In this document: positions 24,302-32,000 of the stretch, one piece after another
Layout of the letters: every line of letters begins with the position of its first letter
How positions within the stretch are numbered: position 1 is the stretch's first letter
NCBI RefSeq assembly: GCF_000189295.2
Contig: NC_016803.1
Coordinates: 2,970,001-3,002,000 of the forward strand
Source: Pseudodesulfovibrio mercurii
GTDB taxonomy: Bacteria > Desulfobacterota > Desulfovibrionia > Desulfovibrionales > Desulfovibrionaceae
Length of the DNA stretch: 32,000 bases
Direction: 5' to 3'
Made by a program: the position numbers and the translations under genes
The notes under the pieces: generated by a model
Told to the model about the DNA's origin: nothing
Seen by the model: the letters and a program-made list of their open reading frames with translations, nothing else
The model's database searches: none

Positions 24302-24430
24302 AGGGGGATGCCTCCGGCGGCCGGGGGAAGGGGAGAGGGAAACCCTTTGAGAAAAGGGTTTCCCTCTCCCCTTCCCCTGGACCCCCCATCCCCTCTCCCT
24401 TCCTAAACTTTTTATCGCCGCTTCGCGGGG
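24302..24430 (+). repeat. T module copy 2, starting right after the aminotransferase stop
   Basis: ATGCCTCCGGCGGCC (24308-24322) is followed by a perfect 25-bp hairpin (24324-24348/24353-24377) with a GAGA tetraloop. A C-rich tract and AAACTTTTTATCGCCGCTTCGCGGGG follow. Confidence 0.85.
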
Positions 24431-24443
24431 TGTTCTCGGTGCG

Positions 24444-24566
24444 CGGCTTCCGATAGCGGCGCATCCGCACATATTTCGGGCTTCGCTCAATCCGTCACCG
24501 TAGACGGCTACGCCTCCGGTTGAGCTGCGCCCGAGAAAATGCACGGCTGCACCACTCTCGAAAGCC
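24444..24566 (+). repeat. H module copy 2 (diverged), directly after T copy 2
   Basis: The 5' flank is CGGCTTCCGATAGCGG. The lower stem pairs 24471-24490 with 24520-24540 and has an internal loop. The inner hairpin is CGTAG-ACGG-CTACG (24499-24512). The 3' flank is AAAATGCACGGCTGCACCACTCTCGAAAGCC. Confidence 0.75.
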
Positions 24567-24623
24567 TGATGGTGTGCGTTCTCTTTAAGAAAAAAGACGC
24601 ACCTTCCCGCGTTCGCACGGACA

Positions 24624-24720
24624 TGCCGAAGGCACACAAAAAGCTTGGAAGGGGGAGTCCAGAGGGGGAAACTTTCTCGAAAGTTTCCCCCTCTGGCCGC
24701 CGGAGGCATTCTCTTCCCCC
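24624..24720 (-). repeat. T module copy 3, abutting the polyferredoxin stop
   Basis: In the minus sense, the stop TAG is followed after 11 nt by ATGCCTCCGGCGGCC (24695-24709). A perfect 17-bp hairpin (24659-24675/24680-24696) follows, then ACTCCCCCTTCCAAGCTTTTTGTGTGCCTTCGGCA. Confidence 0.8.
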
Positions 24721-25692
24721 CTACAGCCCGGCTCCGGCCTGGTAGATGCGTTTGAGCATGTCGGGGGGGAGGGGGTTGTCCCAGGCCCCGGCGTATCCGG
24801 CCCAGAGGCGGGCTATGACGAGCACGAGCACGGCCCCCACGGCCACGGTCTGCCAGGGGATGCGGTGTCCGAGGGCGGAGAATCCGAGGCATCCCTTGAC
24901 CGGACAGGCCCCGATGCACTGGCCGCAGCCGATGCACTCCGGAGTCAGGACCCGGTCCTTTTTTTCCACCGCGATGCCCGAGGGGCAACTTGCCGAACAC
25001 TTGCCGCAGTGCACGCAGGCGTCCTTGTCGCGGGTGACGCGCACCGGCCCGAACCAGGCCAGCAGGCCGAGGAGCGCGCCGTAGGGGCAGAGGTACCGGC
25101 ACCAGAAGTTGCGCACCAGCAGGCTGAGCAGGACCAGGGCCGCGAGCACGCTCAGGGCCAGGCCGGACGGGTGCAGGAAGAAGTCGAGCATGCGCGCGTC
25201 CGAGGTCAGGTTGAACGGGCTGCGCAGGAAGGATTCCAGGGAGCGCGGGTCCATGGCGAAGACCGCGAACAGGAAGGCGGCCATGGCCAGGTACTTGAAG
25301 GCGTGCAGGGCCAGGTCGAGTTTGCGCGGCGGGACTTTGGCCAGGCCGAGCCTGCGTCCGGCCCGTTCCAGGAGCCCGGACAGGAAGCCCACCGGGCAGA
25401 TGTAGCCGCAGAACCCCTTGCGGAACAGGAAGGCCATGACCAGGGCGGCCAGGAACACGGCCAGCCCGGCCGGGTGGGCGCGGTCCCAGAAGCCCGAGGA
25501 CACGAGCCTGCGGAAGCCGAGCAGGGCGGAGATGGGCAGGAACCCCTCCACCGCGCCGGGCTTGGGCGTGAAGACGTCCGAGCGGCCCGCGACCCAGTCG
25601 AGGAAGAGGAGGAAGCGGTAGCCCGCGTACAGGGAGAGGAGGGTGAAGGCGGCCTGGACGGCCAGCCGGAAACGGTCGGGAGTGATCTTCAT
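24721..25692 (-). CDS. NapH/MauN-type integral-membrane polyferredoxin (4Fe-4S binding)
   Basis: The start is ATG at 25692 (MKITPDRFRLAVQAAFTLL). There are two CX3CP motifs next to TM helices (CGYICPVG, CRYLCPYG). The C-terminus carries two ferredoxin motifs, CVHCGKCSASCP and CIGCGQCIGACP. Confidence 0.82.
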   Translation of the reverse strand: MKITPDRFRLAVQAAFTLLSLYAGYRFLLFLDWVAGRSDVFTPKPGAVEGFLPISALLGFRRLVSSGFWDRAHPAGLAVFLAALVMAFLFRKGFCGYICPVGFLSGLLERAGRRLGLAKVPPRKLDLALHAFKYLAMAAFLFAVFAMDPRSLESFLRSPFNLTSDARMLDFFLHPSGLALSVLAALVLLSLLVRNFWCRYLCPYGALLGLLAWFGPVRVTRDKDACVHCGKCSASCPSGIAVEKKDRVLTPECIGCGQCIGACPVKGCLGFSALGHRIPWQTVAVGAVLVLVIARLWAGYAGAWDNPLPPDMLKRIYQAGAGL

Positions 25693-25778
25693 GGGGGAAC
25701 CTGTCCTGTCTGGCGGGTCCCCTATACCCATCGCGCGCCCCTGGCAACCGGGTGCACGGGGCTGCACACGGCCTGCGC

Positions 25779-27395
25779 TCAGCCCTCGTCGGGCAGCTGC
25801 GATTCGATGCCCAGATCCTCGGTTTCGCGGCAGATGTGGGAGCCCAGGCCGGCACCGGCCTCGGCAAAGATGTTGAAGGCGGTGTCCACGCCCGCCTCGC
25901 GCAGGATGTCCACCTCGTCGTCATACTGGGCCATGGCCGCGACGGTCCCTGCGAACCCGCGTTGCTTGAGCCTGTCCAGGACGTGGAGCTGGGTCTCCAG
26001 GGCGGGGGCGGCCAGGACCATCAGCTTGAACGGGGAGCGGGTCCGGGGGAGCTTGCGCCAGAAGTCCGGGTCCGTGACGTCCGCCAGCAGGACCTGGCGG
26101 CCTTCCGCCAGATGGTTGTCCACGGTTTCCGGGGAGAGGTCGAGGCCCAGGACCACGGGGCCGAATTTGTCGGTGAAGTAGTCGTAGGCTCCGGTACCCA
26201 CCCGGCCCATGCCGATCACGGCCACCTGCCAGTTGCCCGCCTGGTACGGTTCCTCGTCCGGGTGGAGCTCCCGGGTCTCGAACCGTTGCAGGAATTTCCG
26301 CCATGCCTCGAACAGCCGGTCGGCCCGGCGGTTCAGGGGCGAGGCCAGGACAAAGGAGAGGGACAGGGCGATGGCCAGGGCCAGCAGCCAGTCGCGGGAC
26401 AGCCAGCCGTTGGCCGCGGCCAGGCCGCCGACGATAAGGCCGAATTCGCTGTAGTCGGCCAGGTTGAAGGCGGTGACCAGACTGGTCCGGGCCCGGAGGC
26501 GGAATCGGGTGAAGATCAGGAAGAAGAGGATGACCTTGATGGGCAGGGCGAGGATCAGGATCAGGGCGGCGTTCAGGGTCGCCAGGTCCGGCAGCCCGGC
26601 CAGGCCGATTTCCAGGAAGAAGCCGACCAGCAGGAAGTCCTTGATGGAGTACAGGGCTCCGGCCAGGTCCTTGGCCCTGGGGTGGGGGGCCAGGAGCATG
26701 CCCATTACCAGCGCGCCCAGGTCGGCCTTGAGGCCGACCACGTCAAAGGCCCAGGCCCCGGCCACGAAGGCCAGGAAGAAACCGAACAGGACCTGGAGTT
26801 CGCCGTGGCCGATGCGGTCGAGCATGCGCATGAACACCCAGCGGGCGGGCGGCAGCCCGGCCAGCACCGCCAGGGCCCAGGCCGTGGGAAGCTTGCCCGT
26901 GGAAAAGGCCAGGAACAGGACCGCGAAGATGTCCTGGATGATGAGCACGCCGATGGCCGTCCGTCCGTTCAGGGAGCCCGCCCGTCCGCTCTCGTCCAGG
27001 ATCTTCACCGCGAAGACCGTGGACGAAAAGCTCAGGGCGAAGGCGATGAGCAGGGCCGTGGGCCAGCCGAGGCCGGAGAAGAAGGCGAACCCGGCGGCGG
27101 ACAGCCCCATGAGTCCGGCCGAGAACAGGGCCACGGTCAGGAGCATGTGCACGGACGCCCCGGCCCAGACCTCGGGTCGGAGCAGGCTCTTCACGCGGAG
27201 CTTGAGCCCGATGGTGAAGAGCAGGACGGTCACGCCGATGTCGGCCACGGCCTGGATGGCCGGACCGGAAACGTATCCCTGGGTGGACAGGACGAACCCG
27301 GCCAGAAGGTAGCCCGTCAGCGGGGGCAGCCCCGCCCGGCTGACCACGTAGCCGCAGCCGAAGGCGAGGAGGATGACGAGGGGATCGAGGGGCAT
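25779..27395 (-). CDS. CPA2-family cation:proton antiporter with a C-terminal RCK/TrkA-N domain (KefB/C- or YbaL-like)
   Basis: There are about 12 TM segments with an N-terminus LPPLTGYLLAGFVL typical of Na_H_Exchanger proteins. The C-terminal Rossmann motif is VAVIGMGRVGTGAYDYF. GGAGA lies upstream, and the gene starts 13 nt after the channel gene stop. Confidence 0.88.
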   Translation of the reverse strand: MPLDPLVILLAFGCGYVVSRAGLPPLTGYLLAGFVLSTQGYVSGPAIQAVADIGVTVLLFTIGLKLRVKSLLRPEVWAGASVHMLLTVALFSAGLMGLSAAGFAFFSGLGWPTALLIAFALSFSSTVFAVKILDESGRAGSLNGRTAIGVLIIQDIFAVLFLAFSTGKLPTAWALAVLAGLPPARWVFMRMLDRIGHGELQVLFGFFLAFVAGAWAFDVVGLKADLGALVMGMLLAPHPRAKDLAGALYSIKDFLLVGFFLEIGLAGLPDLATLNAALILILALPIKVILFFLIFTRFRLRARTSLVTAFNLADYSEFGLIVGGLAAANGWLSRDWLLALAIALSLSFVLASPLNRRADRLFEAWRKFLQRFETRELHPDEEPYQAGNWQVAVIGMGRVGTGAYDYFTDKFGPVVLGLDLSPETVDNHLAEGRQVLLADVTDPDFWRKLPRTRSPFKLMVLAAPALETQLHVLDRLKQRGFAGTVAAMAQYDDEVDILREAGVDTAFNIFAEAGAGLGSHICRETEDLGIESQLPDEG

Positions 27396-27408
27396 GGCTG
27401 GTCTCCGG

Positions 27409-28164
27409 TTACGGTCGGCGGCCCTGGGTCACGCCGCGGGTGATGATACCGATCATGAAGGCGAACATGAAATAGCTGAGCAGGCTCTGGATGATGAGCA
27501 GGATCTTGCCGTCCCAGGTGCGGGGCACGATGTCCCCGAAACCGAGCGTGGTCATGGTCACCACCGTATAGTAGAGGGCGTTGAGGAAGAGTTCGCCGCC
27601 TTCGGACATGAATCCGAACGGGGGCATGCTTCCGCCCAGGACGTGGAGTCCGTCCACGGCCGCGTTGACCAGGGTGAAGCCGATCAGGGTGGCGAGGTAG
27701 ATGCGCAGCAGTTCGTTCACGTCGGCCCAGGTGATCTCGCCGTTGGGCCGCATGAGGAGCAGGGCGCGCAGGGCGAAGGCGCGCAGGTTCCAGCCCAGGA
27801 CGGCCAGGACCAGGACCGCCAGGAAGAGAACGCCCCATTCGTTCAGGGTCAGCAGGATGTCCGCCGCGCCGGCCAGGAATCCGACCAGTGCGGCGCGGCG
27901 CAGTCGGGGCCCTGCATAGACGGCCTCGGTCTCCGGCCAGTAGCGCCGGATGCGCCGGTTGCGCCAGCGATGGTAGAGCAGGGTGATCAGGGCCATGGCG
28001 GTGCCGTTGAGCACGGTCCGGATCGGGGCGGCGGCCGCGCCGTCCGGAACAAGGGGCAGGGGCAGCCGCCCGGCCGTGAGCAGGAGCACGGCCCCGGCAA
28101 AGAAGCAGGGCACGAAGTGGGTCAGCCAGACGCCGACGAAGAGCTGTTCCCGGTGGTATGACAT
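27409..28164 (-). CDS. potassium channel family protein (pore-loop, no cytoplasmic gating domain)
   Basis: The K+ selectivity filter is TVVTMTTLGFGDIVP, between two TM helices, with additional N-terminal TM segments. The chosen start is ATG at 28164 (MSYHREQ...), and the exact start is uncertain. Confidence 0.78.
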   Translation of the reverse strand: MSYHREQLFVGVWLTHFVPCFFAGAVLLLTAGRLPLPLVPDGAAAAPIRTVLNGTAMALITLLYHRWRNRRIRRYWPETEAVYAGPRLRRAALVGFLAGAADILLTLNEWGVLFLAVLVLAVLGWNLRAFALRALLLMRPNGEITWADVNELLRIYLATLIGFTLVNAAVDGLHVLGGSMPPFGFMSEGGELFLNALYYTVVTMTTLGFGDIVPRTWDGKILLIIQSLLSYFMFAFMIGIITRGVTQGRRP

Positions 28165-28264
28165 CTGCCTTGGATTATTGGCACATTTTCGCCCCCCGCG
28201 CAACGTGTGCCCCGACCCGTTCACGGGGTGGCGAAAGGGCGCGCAACCGGGTATGCTTGGCCCC

Positions 28265-28972
28265 ATGTGCGGACGATTCGCCCTGGGCATCCCCAAGAAG
28301 CGGCTGGAAGAGGTCTTCGGCCTCCCCATGCCGGACGACTACGCGCCCTGCTACAACGCGGCGCCGGGCAGCGACGTGCTCTGCCTGGACGGGCAGGGGT
28401 TCGCGCGCCGCCGCTGGGGGCTGGTCCCGGCCTGGGCCGACTCGCCGCAGATCGGGGCGCGGCTGATCAACGCCCGCAGCGAGACCGTGTTCGACAAGCC
28501 GTCCTTCCGGGAGGGGGCGCGGGCCCGGCGGCTCCTGGTCCCGGCCCAGGCCTTCTACGAGTGGCGGCGCGAGGGGCGCGTGCGCACGCCCTTCGCCTTC
28601 GGGCTGCGCGACGCGGACTGCTTCGCCATGGCCGGGATCGGGGCCAGCTGGACCGACCCGCGGAGCGGCCAGGTCCTGGACAGCCTGTCCGTGCTGACCT
28701 GCCCGCCCAACGCGGTCATGGCGGACATCCACGAGCGCATGCCGGTCATCCTGCCGCCCGCCGCCTGGTCCGCCTGGCTCGACCCGGCGGCCGAACGCGG
28801 GGACCTGGCCCGGCTGCTGGTCCCGTACCCGGCCGGGGCCATGCGCGTCTGGCCCGTGTCGCCGAGGGTCAACAGCCCGGTCACGGACGGTCCGGAACTG
28901 CTCGAAGCCGTGCCCGACCCCGGCCCGGACAAGGGACCTCCCGCGCCTCCGGAGCAGGGGCGGCTCCTGTGA
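28265..28972 (+). CDS. yedK: SOS response-associated peptidase (SRAP/YedK, abasic-site DNA-protein crosslink protein)
   Basis: The obligatory MCGRF N-terminus (catalytic Cys2) fixes the start at 28265. Further motifs are YNAAPG, WGLVPAWA and RLINARSET. Confidence 0.9.
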   Translation: MCGRFALGIPKKRLEEVFGLPMPDDYAPCYNAAPGSDVLCLDGQGFARRRWGLVPAWADSPQIGARLINARSETVFDKPSFREGARARRLLVPAQAFYEWRREGRVRTPFAFGLRDADCFAMAGIGASWTDPRSGQVLDSLSVLTCPPNAVMADIHERMPVILPPAAWSAWLDPAAERGDLARLLVPYPAGAMRVWPVSPRVNSPVTDGPELLEAVPDPGPDKGPPAPPEQGRLL

Positions 28973-29097
28973 GCATCCCCCGCCGCCCTTGACTATCCGG
29001 GGAATCTGGCTTAACAAACGTCCTCTTTGCCCGCGCTGGACGGTGGTCTTCGCGCAGGCAAAAAGAAGAAATTTAGTAATTCCGGGGAGTTGATCCG

Positions 29098-30627
<1,530 letters not shown>

Positions 30628-30661
30628 GTGACCGGGACACAGGTCCTTCAAGCGATATAAC

Positions 30662-30690
30662 TTGCCATAAAGTAGGCAAAAACGTATTAA
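30662..30690 (+). promoter_or_regulatory. candidate promoter for rpsP / KH / rimM
   Basis: TTGCCA-17 nt-TATTAA sits in an AT-rich island. GGGAG lies 10 nt before the ATG at 30715. Confidence 0.45.
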
Positions 30691-30714
30691 TCAACTATTG
30701 GGAGTATAAGAACC

Positions 30715-30954
30715 ATGGCAATGAAAATCAGACTGTCCCGTATGGGTTCCAAGAAGCGTCCCTTCTACCGCGTGGTGGCTCTCGACAGCGCCGTCCGCCG
30801 CGATGGACGCCCCGTCGAATTCCTCGGGCACTACAATCCCATGGTCCAGCCGAACGAGATCTCGCTGGACATGGAGAAGATCGAGAAGTGGCTGGAAAAG
30901 GGCGCGGAGCCCAGCAACACGGTTCGTTCTCTGCTCAAGAAAGCCGGCAAGTAG
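30715..30954 (+). CDS. rpsP: 30S ribosomal protein S16
   Basis: The product [42 protein letters not shown] is an unmistakable bS16 N-terminus. Confidence 0.97.
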   Translation: MAMKIRLSRMGSKKRPFYRVVALDSAVRRDGRPVEFLGHYNPMVQPNEISLDMEKIEKWLEKGAEPSNTVRSLLKKAGK

Positions 30955-31065
30955 CGCGCGCTTTTTTTGACAGGCGGGCCCGCCGGCCCGACCTGCGGGT
31001 CCGGACCACGTTTGGCAGCTCATATTCACGGCGCGCGGCGACGCGTCGGCACCGGAGGTGACGTC

Positions 31066-31299
31066 ATGTTGAAAGAGATGATTGAGTACATTGCCAAGTC
31101 CCTGGTGGACAACCCGGACGAAGTGCAAGTTTCCGAAGTCGAAGGCGAGCAGACCTCGGTTATCGAGCTGAAGGTGGCCAAGGAAGACCTCGGCAAGGTC
31201 ATCGGCAAGCAGGGTCGCACGGCCAGGGCCATGCGCACGCTGCTTGGAGCCGCCTCCACCAAGGCGCGGAAACGCTCCGTGCTGGAGATTCTCGAGTAG
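31066..31299 (+). CDS. KH-domain RNA-binding protein (YlqC/UPF0109 family)
   Basis: GGAGGTG lies 5 nt upstream of the ATG at 31066. The GXXG KH motif is [16 protein letters not shown]. The position between rpsP and rimM is the conserved one. Confidence 0.9.
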   Translation: MLKEMIEYIAKSLVDNPDEVQVSEVEGEQTSVIELKVAKEDLGKVIGKQGRTARAMRTLLGAASTKARKRSVLEILE

Positions 31300-31498
31300 C
31301 TTCTCCTTCGGGAACGGCTGGACATCTGCACGTCCGCGCGAGGGCCTTTCCGGCCCGAGGCGGGACGCGAACGACCATGGACCGGCGTGCGGGCAAGCCT
31401 GCGCGGCGGCCCCGGTCTTTTGCGGCAGGCGGCCATGTCCGGCTCCGGGCGGTCCGGCTGGACGGCCCGGTCCCCCAGAGCAAACGAGCGGAAAGCCC

Positions 31499-32000
31499 AT
31501 GAAGAAAGAGCCCGGTTTCATCCCCGTGGGCGGGGTGGTCAAGGCGCACGGCATTCGCGGGGAGTTCGGCATAAAAAGTTATGCGGACTCCCCGGCCCTT
31601 TTCGACCGTACGCCGCTGTTCCTGTCCGACGGCAAGGGGCGTCCCCGGCCCATCGAGGTGACCTCCTGGCGCGAGCACAAGGGGCTGGTCCTGATGACTT
31701 CGCCCCAGGTGACCGACCGCGATCAGGCCGAGGCCCTGCGCGGCCGGGAGCTGCTGGTGCGCGAGGCCGACCTGCCCGAACCGGACGAGGGCGAGCACTA
31801 CCTCTACCAGATGATCGGCTGTCGGGTGGTCCTGACCGACGGCACCGAGGTGGGCGAGCTGGTCGGGTTCTACGAGACCGGCGAGCAGGACACCTGGGTC
31901 ATCGAGAACGGCGAGGGCACCGAGATCCTCCTGCCCGCCGTGCCCGAGTTCGTCCTGGACGTGGACCTGGACACCGAGACCATCGTCGTCGAGCCGCCCG
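31499..32000 (+). CDS. rimM: 16S rRNA processing protein RimM (3' end beyond the window)
   Basis: I translated this by hand because it is not in the ORF track (no stop in the window). It reads MKKEPGFIPVGGVVKAHGIRGEFGIKSYADSP...YLYQMIGCRVVLTDGTEVGELVGFYETGEQDTWVIE...LLPAVPEFVLDVDLDTETIVVEPP. The RimM N-terminal HGIRGE motif and a PRC-barrel C-terminal half are both present. Confidence 0.9.
   Translation, partial: MKKEPGFIPVGGVVKAHGIRGEFGIKSYADSPALFDRTPLFLSDGKGRPRPIEVTSWREHKGLVLMTSPQVTDRDQAEALRGRELLVREADLPEPDEGEHYLYQMIGCRVVLTDGTEVGELVGFYETGEQDTWVIENGEGTEILLPAVPEFVLDVDLDTETIVVEPP

Noticed and set aside
19183-24430. Inverted T-module copies bracketing a 5-kb block, suggesting a composite transposon or invertible segment.
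   Set aside because: There is no transposase, integrase or invertase gene and no visible target-site duplication. The inverted orientation is fully explained by each copy following the 3' end of an outward-reading transcription unit.
28165-28264. LexA/SOS box upstream of the SRAP gene.
   Set aside because: The inverted GGT...ACC-like sequence (GGTGGCGAAAGGGCGCGCAACC) does not fit the spacing of the Geobacter-type or E. coli-type LexA boxes I know.

Overview
GC-rich, strongly GC3-biased chromosomal core segment that looks Desulfovibrionaceae-like. Supporting this are a tetraheme cytochrome c3, an Ahb-type siroheme decarboxylase subunit, anaerobic cobalamin genes cbiD/cbiG/cbiH, and a gene order (ahbB-hemL-cbiG-cbiH-cycA) that I recall from Desulfovibrio vulgaris. 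I support 32 protein-coding genes, one of them (rimM, at the right edge) absent from the ORF track because it has no stop in the window. They are: YciI-like, ada, a LysM lipoprotein, an unknown 256-aa protein, an orphan sensor histidine kinase, pgi, radA, azlC/azlD, cbiD, an SDR+DUF2867-like protein, a small lipoprotein, gpsA, ahbA/B-family, hemL, cbiG, cbiH, cytochrome c3, a 453-aa hyper-acidic repeat protein, selO, an APH-fold phosphotransferase, two lipoproteins, a class-I aminotransferase, a NapH-like membrane polyferredoxin, a Kef-type CPA2/RCK antiporter, a K+ channel, an SRAP (YedK-like) protein, ffh, rpsP, a KH-domain protein and rimM. Many ORF-track entries needed N-terminal trimming, and the long antisense ORFs are GC artefacts. 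By eye I see no rRNA, tRNA, CRISPR array, transposase, integrase, phage gene or known defence system, so this is mostly ordinary core genome. The least-explained content is non-coding. All three long convergent intergenic spacers (698-1172, 18788-19286, 24302-24720) are mosaics of a few structured repeat modules. One is a ~70-nt bipartite hairpin present twice with three compensatory base-pair swaps. Another is a stop-codon-abutting perfect-hairpin module present three times. A third is a small CTGCG-loop hairpin present four times. A canonical intrinsic terminator at 18991-19021 could close a ~235-nt 3'UTR or sRNA. Protein-level candidates for undescribed biology are a translationally coupled Met-rich lipoprotein / APH-fold kinase / SelO AMPylase operon, a K+ channel / Kef antiporter / membrane polyferredoxin cluster, a pgi / orphan kinase / unknown protein operon, and the hyper-acidic repeat protein next to cytochrome c3. 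All functional interpretations are inference from motifs read by eye; no database search was possible.
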